Shown here: one piece after another, positions 49,731-63,369 of the stretch
Position numbering within the stretch: position 1 is the first letter of the stretch
Layout: the number at the start of each line of letters is the position of its first letter
DNA from: Octopus sinensis
Taxonomy: Eukaryota
Assembly (NCBI RefSeq): GCF_006345805.1
Contig: NW_021832279.1
Coordinates: 48,286 to 112,285, forward strand
Reading direction: 5' to 3'
Length of the DNA stretch: 64,000 bases
Notes under the pieces: model-generated
Told to the model about the DNA's origin: nothing
Databases searched by the model: none
Seen by the model: the letters and a program-made list of their open reading frames with translations, nothing else
Made by a program: the position numbers and the translations under genes

Positions 49731-50882
49731 ATTTATTTTATTTATTTAAACACCAAGACCACGCTAAAAACCGAACAAATGTCACGTGATCCCGATGCAC
49801 TCAACCAGGGACCTCATTTTCGCTCGGTGGTCTTTCCACGAGCCCACACAAGATCGCACAGGGCGGCAGGCCGTTTTTGGCGGAGCAGTCGCTGGCGGGC
49901 CCAGGTTCAGCTTGATGAGGTCTTCCAGAGAGGCTGGACCGGGGCGTTGGCTATCAAGTGACCAACGATCGGTTAATCTGAGGGCCCTTTGTTGGGCCTC
50001 CTCGATCCTCGCGCCTCCTGTTGGACCACGATATCCGCGGACCCCATGATCCGCAAGCGTACGCAACACAGGGTTCGAAGTACTGGCGGTAGATATTCGC
50101 CAGTACCGGGTGCGACCCGTTTTCCAAATACCAGATAGAGTTCGCAGAATGTTCAGTTTATGTTCGCATTTGCGAAGGAGGTTGTCCACATGAGGGAAGA
50201 AACAGAGGTGCATGTCGAGGGTTACCCCTAGGACCGTCTGACTCCCGCAGAAAGGAACGGATATATTGTTCAGCTTTAAGTCGACTGACGTCCTTCCCAA
50301 TTTTTTATATCCGAGGTGAAGAGGGACGTGGCGGACTCGCGCCGCGTTTACCACGAGCCGGTTGTCCGTCAGCCATAGGTTCACCCTATCCAAGTTAGCT
50401 TGGAGCCTTTCAGAGGCCTTCTGGATGTCCCGGTCCCGTGAGGCTAGCACGATGTTGTCCGCGTAGGAGAGAACAATGTCATTGTTGTCGAGGAAGTGAT
50501 GGAGGTCTTCCAAAAATAGGTTGAAATGAGCCGGGGATAAGGGGGATCCCTGAGGTACTCCGTTGGGTAGAAGAAGAGATTTGGACTTCAGACCACCGAG
50601 GCACACCCTTCCTCTTCGTCCACTTAGGAAGTTGGTAATCCATATTTTTAGCTTCAGAGGAAAGTCGGATTGGAATATCTTCCTGGAGAGGAGCTTCCTC
50701 GAGACGGAATCGAAGGCTTTATGGATGTCGACGGAGCAGAGCACGGTCTTTTGGTGCCTCGGTTTGCTGGCAAAACCGGTACAGATGAAGTTTGACAAGG
50801 ATTGGAGGTACGAAGACGTGGACTTCGCCTTCCTAAAACCATGTTGAAAATGTCTTTCGGGTAAGAAAGCTTCTATTCTTGA
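49731..50882 (-). mobile_element. 5'-truncated LINE RT with (TAAA)n tail, copy 1
   Basis: VDIHKAFDSV, GVPQGSPLSP and YADN; candidate TSD TACTT. Confidence 0.87.
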
Positions 50883-50916
50883 TACTTGACTTGATATTAT
50901 CTAATGAATTACGTAA

Positions 50917-51736
50917 TGTCATCGTCCAGACCGGCCGGGCGCCAGATATCGGTCAGGTCAATTATCTAAATAATACAAAACAAATATTTTTCCTACAAAA
51001 CATTTCATTGCAAAAAAATATTGATAATAAAAAAATAAAAATCTTATTAATAAAAAGTTCTAAAAAGTTGAAAAGATTAGCATTAATCAATGGTTTTAGT
51101 TGAATTAACTCGAGACACCCTCGAAAAAATTAGGGAGTATTTGGAATCAGGCCACCTTGATGATTCCTTGAGTTCGGAAGAAAGGGCACGAATACGGAGA
51201 TATGCCAAAAAATTTAGTTTCAAGAAGAACAACACCTACATTTCTAAAAATGGCTCAAAGTTACGTTTTTTTTGTATCGAAGACACAGAACTTAAGAAAC
51301 TACAAAACAAAGGCCTTTTGACCTCTTGTTCGGAACTGATTTGGAGAAACCAAATAAAAAACTAACAAATTCTGAGGTCGTGAAAAAAAGGAAAAAAGCC
51401 CTTGAAAATATTGTAAAATCGGGAGAAAAAATGAAAAGGCGGAGAAAATGGAAATATGATGAAGTTTAAAGTGGCGATGAAATTTTAATACGCCATGATG
51501 GGGATGCAAACCCGGTTATAGAAATACCCATTATACGACGAGATATCTGCACAAAAATATATTGTGAAAAATAGGGATCGAGAACTCGTAACGATAATTA
51601 ATGAAGAGGATGAAAAGATCAAAGGATACATATTAGCAAGTAAAAAAACTTTAACTGCAAATATTCATTGGGTTCGTTCTGTGTTTTTTCTCGTGTCATA
51701 TTTACTTAATTGTGAAATAATTGTGCCATTGTTACA
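50917..51736 (+). mobile_element. Internally deleted Ginger (Ginger D), copy 1
   Basis: Starts TGTC; N-terminal helix region resembles the Ginger A N-terminus; C-terminal GDEILIRHDGDANP; integrase core missing. Confidence 0.55.
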
Positions 51737-53340
51737 TTTCAAGTACCCCTATATCGTCACATTTAGAAAACGCCCAAATTTGCATATATATTACGACACT
51801 ATTTAGATAATCTCAAGTAACCGTATATCGTCATATCTAGGGAAAGCCTAAAGTGCATAATATATTACACAATTAATTACATAATCTCAAGTATCCCTAT
51901 ATAGTCACATCTAGGGAACGCCTAAATTGCATAATACACTATGCAATTAATTACATAATCTCAAGTACCCCTATATCGTCAAATCTAGAAAGCGCCCAAA
52001 TTGCATAATATATTACGCAATTAATTACATAATGTAAAGTACCCGTATATCGTCACATCTAGGGAACGCCCAAATTCCATAATAAATTACGCAATTAATT
52101 ACATAATCTCAAGTACCCGTATATCGTCACAACTAGGGAACGCCTAAAGTGCATAATATACTACGCAATTAATTACATAATCTCAAGTACACCTATATCG
52201 TCACATTCAGAAACGCCTAAATTACAAAAATATTACCCAATTAATTACATAATCTCAGGTACCCCTATATCGTCACATCTAGAGACGCCTAAATTGCATA
52301 ATATACTATGCAATTAATTACATAATCTCAAGTACATATATTTCAAGTACCCGTATATCGTCATCTAGGGAGCGCCCAAATTGCATAATATATTACGCAA
52401 TTAATTACATAATCTCAAGTACCCGTATATCGTCACAACTAGGGAACGCCTAAAGTGCATAATATACTACGCAATAATTACATAATCTCAAGTACACCTA
52501 TATCGTCACATTCAGAAACGCCTAAATTACAAATATATTACCCAATTAATTACATAATCTCAGGTACCCCTATATCGTCACATCTAGAGAACGCCTAAAT
52601 TGCATAATATACTATGCAATTAATTACATAATCTCAAGTACATAATTTCAAGTACCCGTATATCGTCAAATCTAGGGAGCGCCCAAATTGCATAATATAT
52701 TACGCAATTAATTACATAATGTAAAGTACCCGTATATCGTCACAACTAGGGAACGCCCAAATTGCATAATATACTACGCAATTAATTACATAATCTCAAG
52801 TACACCTATATCGTCATATCTAGGGAAAGCCTAAAGTGCATAATATATTACACAATTAATTACATAATCTCAAGTACCCCTATATCGTTACATCTAGGGA
52901 ACGCCCAAATTGCATAATATATTACGCAATTAATTACATAATCTCAAGTACATAATTTCAAGTACCCGTATATCGTTACATCTAGGGAACGCCCAAATTG
53001 CATAATATATTACGCAATTAATTACATAATCTCAAGTATCCCTATATCGTCAAATCTAGAAAGCGCCCAAATTGCATAATATACTATGCAATTAATTACA
53101 TAATCTCAAGTACATAATTTCAAGTACCCGTATATCGTTACTACGCAATTAATTACATAATCTCAAGTACCCCTATATCGTCACATTCAGGAAACGCCTA
53201 AATTACAAAATATATTGCGCAATTAATTACATAATCTCAAGTACCCCTATATCGTTACATCTAGGGAACGCCCAAATTGCATAATATATTACGCAATTAA
53301 TTACATAATCTCAAGTACCCCTATATCGTTACATCTAGGG
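51737..53340 (+). repeat. 74-bp satellite, about 21 units
   Basis: Variant order matches ~44630-46219. Confidence 0.97.
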
Positions 53341-55517
53341 CAGGGGTCGGCAAAAGCAGGCTCGCGAGCCTTTGAAGGCTCTTTAACTTTTACGGTAGGC
53401 TCTTTTAATTTTTAATTATTTTTTTTTTATAAATGATTTCAATTTTTAACTATTTTTTTTGTTTTGTTGATAACAAAAAATCTTTGCACGTTTAACATTA
53501 ATTTTTTGTGGCACATCGATATATGCCTAGCAATAAAAAAAAAGTAATAAAAAATCGATAATGCGCGACATTTTCAATCAAAATGGAAATACGCTGGAAT
53601 TGGGAATGGGAGAGTGTTTGTCCCCCTGGCTGTTGAGACGTCAGGAATACAGGGGCCTTCTACTCGGACCCTACTCCAGCGCATTGCCTCATTAATCAAA
53701 AGGGTTACCGGCGACCCGTGTGAGCACCGGTATTTAATCAAAAGAATATCTATAGTCAGAGGCAATACTCTGGCTATTCGCCAATGACTATTTCTCTTTT
53801 GATTTGAAATATATTAATTGACTTTGAATGTAAAAAAAATGGACTGAAACTTTTGCATTCACGACTAATTCAGAACAACTACCGAAATGTCTCATTTGTC
53901 AGGAAACTTTGAATCAAAATAAAAAGTCGAATTTAGAGAGACACTTTAACACAAAACACTCAAATTTCGCAAAAAAATATCCAATTGGTGATTCTCGAAA
54001 GAAAGCTGTAGAAGAACTTGCAAAGAATAATCTGATCGAGAATTCCGCTTTTAAATATTGGTATCACAATGCCAGGACTGCAAATATTGCCAGTTTTTTA
54101 ATAAGCCACAAGATCGCAAAAAGGGGAAAACCATTTACCGATGGCGAATTTATAAAGGCATGTTTCATTAAAACCTCTGAAGAACTTTTTCACGATTTTT
54201 CAAATAAGGTAGAAATCGTGAATAAGATAATGAATATATCTTTATCTGCGAAAATAGTAGCCGACAGGACTTTTAAGATGTCTTCGAATGTATCTGTTCA
54301 ACAAGTTTCTGACATGAAATTGTCTAATTCAATTTCAATAGCAATAGATGAATCATGTGATATAAATGACATTGCACAAGTATCATTGTTCATGTCATAC
54401 TTAGGTGTTTCTGTTTGTTCGTTATGTGTCTCGAGGTTTCCTGAGGCAAGAACTTTTGGCATTATTGCCTCTAAAGGGTCAAACCCGTGCTAAAGCCTGC
54501 AAGCATGTTGGGATCGAGAAAGGGATTTATAACTTTAATTAAAAGGAGAATTGATCATGAAGTGATTACTCTACATTGTATTATCCAGAAAGAAGCACTA
54601 TCTGCGCAAACGTTTCCGAAAGAAATTTTAGAAGTGATGGAATTGGTCATAAAGATTACTAACTTCATTATATCAAGAGTAATATATTATTCTTGTATGC
54701 AAGAAGTCAAACTTTTTTAAATGAAGAAGTAAAATTAGAGAACCTCAAAAATTCTAGATAAACAAAAAAGTAGAATTAAACAGAATACCAATTCCGATTA
54801 GCCTGGTGTTTCTATTGTTTGATAAAATATTAATAAATTAGTTATTTTATTACATTATTCCGATTTTAAATATAAAATATTTGTTTCTAAAATTATATTA
54901 GCTAAATCAAATGAGAAACGGAGCATTCAAAAATAAGAAAAACAGCGATACAGACGAAAAGGATAACAAATTTAATAAAAATGACTATGAATATGATTTG
55001 GGTTACTTTTTTCTGACATGGAAGAATCCAATAAAAGATTTCATTTCTGTTTTCCGATGGTTTTAAAAATCTTCTAATATATTTTTAGAAAAAATACGAT
55101 AATTCTTATCAAACAAAATATCCAAAATTCGTAATGTTACATAAAATTTTTCTAGAAAAAAATAATTCTTTTTAATTTGGTTTTTCTATTTTTCCGATAA
55201 TCAATTCTAATTCTAAAGAAAATTTTTTATTTTTTTATCTTACGAGTAAAAAATCTAGAATCAAACCTCAGATTAAAATTAACGACTTACGACCCAGACA
55301 TTAACCAACTCTCCAAAGAAATGAGGAATCACATTTTCATTAATGTCTAATTAATTTAATTTTTTAAAATGAATTCTTAATTATTTTTTAAATTAATGTA
55401 TATTTAATTTCATGCATTAAAATTTTTGACAAGTGGTAAAAGGTGGCTCTTCAATTTTTCGAAATTTCCAAAAATGTTCAAAATTGGCTCTTCTCCAAAA
55501 GTATTTGCCGACCCCTG
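53341..55517 (+). mobile_element. hAT in the satellite, copy 2
   Basis: Same TIRs and TSD as copy 1; intron 54380-54404 restores IAQ|VFLFVRYVS. Confidence 0.92.
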
Positions 55518-55591
55518 ATCTAGGGAACGCCCAAATTGCATAATATATTACGCAATTAATTACATAATCTCAAGTATCCCTATATCGTATA

Positions 55592-56674
55592 CCTAGTTGT
55601 CGGATTCTAATTACCATGTAACTGCAGAAAAACCCAATGAAAAATTCCAGGCGGATCTTATAAATGTTAGAAGATATAAAGAGTTTGACGATGGATGTAA
55701 TTGGATACTGACAATTATTGACATCTACAGCAAATTTGTTGTCTGCAAATCTTTAAAAAATAAAACTGCTTCTGGTAAGACTTACAATTTAATTGAAGAA
55801 GTGGTGAATAAATTCCAAAAATTGTTTTATCAAATTGGATACTGTCAGATCTTGCAAACGGACAAAGGGCTGGAATTCAAAAACCAACTTATGGCTCAAC
55901 TATGCGAGGAATAAATTTGAAATAAATTAGGGTGTAATTGAGCGCTTTAACTAGATATTGACACGTGGTATGGCAAAACTGATGGATGAAGAAGGAACTA
56001 AAAATTGGAAACAATACGGCGGACATATTACGAACAAATTTCGACCTCTCTAAAAATCAAATTATACAACATGCTAAATTATACAACATGTCTTATTGTA
56101 CAATTTCTCTACATAAAAAAATACGTAAAAATTGGAAACAATTTTTAGACAAAGTAACTTTTTCCTATAATACGACACACCACTCGGCGATCAATGAGAC
56201 CCCCTTCACAAGTTTAGGGGTATTTCTGGAATTAACACTGTGATTCATGAAATACCAGGTTATAATCTTATTTATAATTTAGATGAAAATAACGAGGCAT
56301 CGTTTGTCGAAGATGAACTTAATGGTAAATTTACGATGTATTTATTTTTAGAAACGAATAATAAAAAATTGTAGGACGAATCCGTCATTGAAGCTACACA
56401 GATTTGAATCCTTATATGAAGAAAATTGAAAAGTAAAAAATATAATGTCTAAATACAGATTAATGGTTATTTGTCTTTCCTAACAAACATTTAGATCGAA
56501 TTACGAAATAGTTACTATGAATAGAGATAAAAAATGTTAAGTTTTTTGATTTTTTAGCAATTATCTTTAGTCAGTAATTAGTGTCAAACTATGTAGGTCG
56601 CCCTGTCAATCTTGTCAACAATGAAGGTCGCTCTGGTCGCCAGCGTGGGATGGTCGCCAGCGTGGGTCGCGACA
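55592..56674 (+). mobile_element. Ginger B, copy 2
   Basis: Duplicate of 48461-49533; 24-nt GTAAGA..AG intron at 55775-55798. Confidence 0.75.
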
Positions 56675-56868
56675 TATTATGCTATTTTGGGAGATTCCTA
56701 GATTTGAGGGTATTGGTTTACTTGAGATTATGTAATGAATTGCGTAACATATTATGTAATTTGAGGAAATCCCTAGATGGAGGATACGGGGGACTTGAGA
56801 TTGTGTAATGAATTGCGTAGTATTATAAAATTTGTGGAGGTCCATAGATGTGAGGATATGGGGTACTT

Positions 56869-58011
56869 ATTTATTTTATTTATTTAAACACCAAGACCAC
56901 GCTAAAAACCGAACAAATGTCACGTGATCCCGATGCACTCAACCAGGGACCTCATTTTCGCTCGGTGGTCTTTCCACGAGCCCACACAAGATCGCACAGG
57001 GCGGCAGGCCGTTTTTGGCGGAGCAGTCGCTGGCGGGCCCAGGTTCAGCTTGATGAGGTCTTCCAGAGAGGCTGGACCGGGGCGTTGGCTATCAAGTGAC
57101 CAACGATCGGTTAATCTGAGGGCCCTTTGTTGGGCCTCCTCGATTCGCCTCCTGTTGGACCACGATATCCGCGGACCCCATGATCCGCAAGCGTACGCAA
57201 CACAGGGTTCGAAGTACTGGCGGTAGATATTCGCCAGTACCGGGTGCGACCCGTTTTCCAAATACCAGATAGAGTTCGCAGAATGTTCAGTTTATGTTCG
57301 CATTTGCGAAGGAGGTTGTCCACATGAGGGAAAACAGAGGTGCATGTCGAGGGTTACCCCTAGGACCGTCTGACTCCCGCAGAAAGGAACGGATATATTG
57401 TTCAGCTTTAAGTCGACTGACGTCCTTCCCAATCTTTTATCCGAGGTGAAGAGGGACGTGGCGGACTTCGCCGCGTTTACCACGAGCCGGTTGTCCGTCA
57501 GCCATAGGTTCACCCTATCCAAGTTAGCTTGGAGCCTTTCAGAGGCCTTCTGGATGTCCCGGTCCCGTGAGGCTAGCACGATGTTGTCCGCGTAGGAGAG
57601 AACAATGTCATTGTTGTCGAGGAAGTGAGGGAGGTCTTCCAAAAATAGGTTGAAATGAGCCGGGGATAAGGGGGATCCCTGAGGTACTCCGTTGGGTAGA
57701 AGAAGAGATTTGGACTTCAGACCACCGAGGCACACCCTTCCTCTTCGTCCACTTAGGAAGTTGGTAATCCATATTTTTAGCTTCAGAGGAAAGTCGGATT
57801 GGAATATCTTCCTGGAGAGGAGCTTCCTCGAGACGGAATCGAAGGCTTTATGGATGTCGACGGAGCAGAGCACGGTCTTTTGGTGCCTCGGTTTGCTGGC
57901 AAAACCGGTACAGATGAAGTTTGACAAGGATTGGAGGTACGAAGACGTGGACTTCGCCTTCCTAAAACCATGTTGAAAATGTCTTTCGGGTAAGAAAGCT
58001 TCTATTCTTGA
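56869..58011 (-). mobile_element. LINE RT fragment, copy 2
   Basis: Duplicate of 49731-50882. Confidence 0.87.
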
Positions 58012-58045
58012 TACTTGACTTGATATTATCTAATGAATTACGTAA

Positions 58046-58864
58046 TGTCATCGTCCAGACCGGCCGGGGCGCCAGATCGGTCAGGTCAATTATCTAAATA
58101 ATACAAAACAAATATTTTTCCTACAAAACATTTCATTGCAAAAAAATATTGATAATAAAAAAATAAAATCTTATTAATAAAAAAGTTCTAAAAAGTTGAA
58201 AAGATTAGCATTAATCAATGGTTTTAGTTGAATTAACTCGAGACACCCTCGAAAAAATTAGGGAGTATTTGGAATCAGGCCACCTTGATGATTCCTTGAG
58301 TTCGGAAGAAAGGGCACGAATACGGAGATATGCCAAAAAATTTAGTTTCAAGAAGAACAACACCTACATTTCTAAAAATGGCTCAAAGTTACGTTTTTTT
58401 TGTATCGAAGACACAGAACTTAAGAAACTACAAACAAAGGCCTTTTGACCTCTTGTTCGGAACTGATTTGGAGAAACCAAATAAAAACTAACAAATTCTG
58501 AGGTCGTGAAAAAAAAAAAAAAGCCCTTGAAAATATTGTAAAATCGGGAGAAAAAATGAAAAGGCGGAGAAAATGGAAATATGATGAAGTTTAAAGTGGC
58601 GATGAAATTTTAATACGCCATGATGGGGATGCAAACCCGTTTATAAAAAATACCCATTATACGACGAGATATCTGCACAAAAATATATTGTGAAAAATAG
58701 GGATCGAGAACTCGTAACGATAATTAATGAAGAGGATGAAAAAGATCAAAGGATACATATTAGCAGAGTAAAAAAACTTTAACTGCAAATATTCATTGGG
58801 TTCGTTCTGTGTTTTTTCTCGTGTCATATTTACTTAATTGTGAAATAATTGTGCCATTGTTACA
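58046..58864 (+). mobile_element. Ginger D, copy 2
   Basis: Duplicate of 50917-51736. Confidence 0.55.
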
Positions 58865-60468
58865 TTTCAAGTACCCCTATATCGTCACATTTAGAAAACG
58901 CCCAAATTGCATAATATATTACGACACTATTTAGATAATCTCAAGTAACCGTATATCGTCATATCTAGGGAAAGCCTAAAGTGCATAATATATTACACAA
59001 TTAATTACATAATCTCAAGTATCCCTATATAGTCACATCTAGGGAACGCCTAAATTGCATAATACACTATGCAATTAATTACATAATCTCAAGTACCCCT
59101 ATATCGTCAAATCTAGAAAGCGCCCAAATTGCATAATATATTACGCAATTAATTACATAATGTAAAGTACCCGTATATCGTCACATCTAGGGAACGCCCA
59201 AATTCCATAATAAATTACGCAATTAATTACATAATCTCAAGTACCCGTATATCGTCACAACTAGGGAACGCCTAAAGTGCATAATATACTACGCAATTAA
59301 TTACATAATCTCAAGTACACCTATATCGTCACATTCAGGAAACGCCTAAATTACAAAATATATTACCCAATTAATTACATAATCTCAGGTACCCCTATAT
59401 CGTCACATCTAGAGAACGCCTAAATTGCATAATATACTATGCAATTAATTACATAATCTCAAGTACATAATTTCAAGTACCCGTATATCGTCAAATCTAG
59501 GGAGCGCCCAAATTGCATAATATATTACGCAATTAATTACATAATGTAAAGTACCCGTATATCGTCACAACTAGGGAACGCCTAAAGTGCATAATATATT
59601 ACGCATTTAATTAAATAATCTCAAGTACCCGTATATCGTCACAACTAGGGAACGCCCAAATTGCATAATATACTACGCAATTAATTACATAATCTCAAGT
59701 ACACCTATATCGTCACATTCAGGAAACGCCTAAATTACAAAATATATTACCCAATTAATTACATAATCTCAGGTACCCCTATATCGTCACATCTAGAGAA
59801 CGCCTAAATTGCATAATATACTATGCAATTAATTACATAATCTCAAGTACATAATTTCAAGTACCCGTATATCGTTACATCTAGGGAACGCCCAAATTGC
59901 ATAATATATTACGCAATTAATTACATAATCTCAAGTACCCCTATATAGTCACTTCTAGGGAACGCCTAAAGTGCATAATATATTACACAATTAATTACAT
60001 AATCTCAAGTACCCCTATATCGTCAAATCTAGAAAGCGCCCAAATTGCATAATATATTACGCAATTAATTACATAATCTCAAGTACATAATTTCAAGTAC
60101 CCGTATATCGTTACTACGCAATTAATTACATAATCTCAAGTACACCTATATCGTCACATTCAGGAAACGCCTAAATTACAAAATATATTGCGCAATTAAT
60201 TACATAATCTCAAGTACCCCTATATAGTCACATCTAGGGAACGCCCAAATTCCATAATATATTAAGCAATTAATTACATCATCTCAAGTACACCTATATA
60301 GTCACATCCAGGAAACGCCTAAATTACAAAATATATTACGCAATTAATTACATAATCTCAAGTACATAATTTCAAGTACCCGTATATCGTTACAACGCAA
60401 TTAATTACATAATCTCAAGTACACCTATATCGTTCACATTCAGGAAACGCCTAAATTACAAAATATAT
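58865..60468 (+). repeat. 74-bp satellite, about 21 units
   Basis: Begins with the same variant order as 51737. Confidence 0.97.
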
Positions 60469-61415
60469 CTTGTCATAACTTTCTGCAAGGAAAAGTCCGA
60501 CGGCAGCTTCGATTCGTTTGCGCTCCAACTGTCAAAGTAGGCAGTCATCTTAGGTAATGAAAAAATTCGGGGAGGAGATGGAGAATCTTCTGAACCGAGT
60601 TTGACTGCTGTACAGTGAAGACAGGATGCGGGGCGGGACCATCGGTAGGATTTCGGATGCCAAGACCTCCAAAGGAGACAGAAAGGGAAGCTTTTTCCAG
60701 CCTTGATCGTCGAATTTGATGTTTATATTCGTTCAGTTGTTTCAGAAAGGACATAATAGAATGAAGTTGATCATTTTCTAAGAAGCAGGGTGACCCCCGT
60801 CACATGAATTAATTTTTGGATGCCAAGGGCATTTTTGAGCAGAAAGAGGCTGTATGTGGGTCCAACAAATTAGACGAACAAAGTTTTTTCGTAGCATTTC
60901 CTTAGTTTCAAGAGCGTTCTTGATTCCACCATCTGTCATGGGCAGCCTAATATCTCAGACTGATACTAGGCGTGATGGACGCCTCCAGGAATTACTCACT
61001 GAAAGAGGAAACAATACCTCGAATTTATCACGACTGAACCCAAAATTAATGATTTCACTTTTTGAAGTGTTCAGTATAAGACCAACCATTCAAGTTCGAA
61101 TAAGGTCAACGAGCGTCTTGAAGACAGTTTCGGGATGACCTCGAGGGTGGCAGTCATCAAGGTACCAAACATTCAGCGGGGTTGAGCAGTTCTTAACAAT
61201 GTGATTAATTCCAAGGCAAAGAGCACAGGACCCAATGGGTCTCCTTGTTGAACGAACCCCGAGGACGAGGAATATGGTAAGGGCCATGGACGAGGGTGGA
61301 TGTTTTGCGTATAGCTGAGCACATAGTTGTATATTCGGGACAAAATTCAAGACAGTTCTCCAATATAGAGTCGCGGCAATGGTTTTATTGAAGTAAAAAA
61401 ATTACTGGTGCCGTC
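60469..61415 (-). mobile_element. CRE-like RT fragment, broken at the satellite junction
   Basis: WYLDD and SFGGLGIRNP; its right part duplicates 1-325. Confidence 0.8.
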
Positions 61416-61438
61416 ATCAGGTAAATAAAACGAAAACT

Positions 61439-62848
61439 TCAAATCAAAAAATAGAAAGTGAGTCCTTGTAGAGCACAACAACAAAATATGGTAGTGCTAA
61501 AATCCCTGATACGAATTGTTCAGAATCCAAGGAGGCAACATAAAGCTCTCCACTACAAGTGACTTGTTCTCCTTTTTTGCGGTTGGTGAGAACCAACGTC
61601 TTGACAAATCTACTCGACTGTTGTAAATATAGAGTTCGTCCTGGAGTCCCACAAATAACTCCGTATTTCAAATCACAGGACCCTTGAGTAAACCCTTTTT
61701 CAGACTTGGACAACTCAACGTACGAAAATGCATCCAAAGTTGAAGAATGCCGCCACACAGAACCATCATAGCTGTACACGACGCCATCCACGTCGTATTG
61801 AAGACATATCGAAGGAGTGTGAGGATTGTCTCTGCTCCATACCTGTCCCACAACCCGAGAATTGTTCACGTAATCACTGTTGATTTCTCAGTCGAGCGAA
61901 GGTCCAGTCGTACAATAAACACAGTTTCAGGACATTCTGAATCCTCATCTTCCCAGCCTCGGGATTGAAGGCATCTCGGTCTTTCCTTGACTTTTGACAA
62001 ATCAGTCGAGTCGAAAATGATAATCCTCGTCAGAACCATCAACAAAATCCCCGGACTGTCGACATTTCCCTCCAAAGCCACATATTCCGGCATAGATGAG
62101 CCGCCTATTTTCCTCGTTCTGTCACATCTCCAACACGAATTGCTGTTTTTTAAAATTTAAAGTGACAATTTCGTATTTTTTCTTACAAGTGAGTTGTGTT
62201 TTGTCAAATTAGGACATGCCAACAACACAATCTCAACTTGCAGACCATTTCCCTGGAAATGGCATCTATAATCTGACTGACAAGATCCAATCTGTATCCA
62301 ATTCATGATTATAAACCACCTCAATACATAAACTTGTACCTGCCATTTCATTTTAGACTGGTCAGCCCTATTTCAGTGGACAGCAATAAAATGTTTGTAG
62401 AATCCACGTTCACCACAGCGTACTGCCAGTCCGGAAAGATGAGCGACGGTGTAGTTATCTGAGCAAATCCTCCTCCCCGTATACTCAGAATGTCAAACTT
62501 TTAGTAAAACAGTCAGAGGCATTAAAGAAGTATCTAAAACTGATTCTTTTGTGGATTACTTGAATTAAATTGACTTGCATGATTGTAAAGTCCTCGGTGA
62601 TGTAATAACCATTTCCTGGTTGAATTGATCGAGTATTAGCAAGTGATTCTTGAATATAATTTTGTCCGATATAAGGAACTGTCAGCCATTTCTGTAAGGG
62701 TCGTAGGTCAAAATGTCTAAAAATGTGAATTTTTAAACTTTTTTCGAGTTTTTGCTTGATTTTCTTTAAAACGTTATTCTTTAAACGATATCCTTGAATT
62801 CATTATTTATCAAATTTCTGTTTGGTCTGAGTTCGCATTTTGGAGCAT
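61439..62848 (-). pseudogene. NUDCD1: Second, indel-rich copy of NUDCD1 (real duplicate or noisy consensus)
   Basis: Colinear with 354-1768; many 1-bp indels. Confidence 0.75.
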
Positions 62849-63369
62849 ACACAAAAGAAGCCACAAGAACAATATAAATATATTGAAAAATGAATTAAAT
62901 ACATAATAAAATAGTTTATTATCAGTTTAGAAATATTTGATCTTTCTCTACCAGCATTCTCTGTTCATGCCACTAGCTCTCTTGTCCATGAGATTCTCCA
63001 ATCCGCTTTTGAATTCGCCTTGGACACTGTGTTCTGCTGTCAGATGCAGATCCCCTAATGAAGTTCCTGATGATTTGACCAAGGCAATTGGACACAATTT
63101 ATCCTCCCAAAAGTTCCTCAAGTGTAAACTCAATCAACACCGCTGGCCTGTTCTGCTTGCAGAGTCCCAAAAGTACCAGGAACCTGCCTGACAGCCATTC
63201 AATGGAACCAGCATTGCAGATTGAACATAATTTTCGTCATGTTTTTATCTCTTAAAAATTTATGTAATTTAAAAAATAAAAATTCTGTGACAATTTATTT
63301 TTACTTTGTTAAAAATTAATTCACCATGGAAAAAAATTATCATATAAAAAAAATAGTACACTTTAAAAA

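Noticed and set aside
50917-56674. Ginger D and Ginger B as two halves of one element split by satellite
   Set aside because: Their ends match only at TGTC, there is no TSD, and D already contains its own C-terminal tail.
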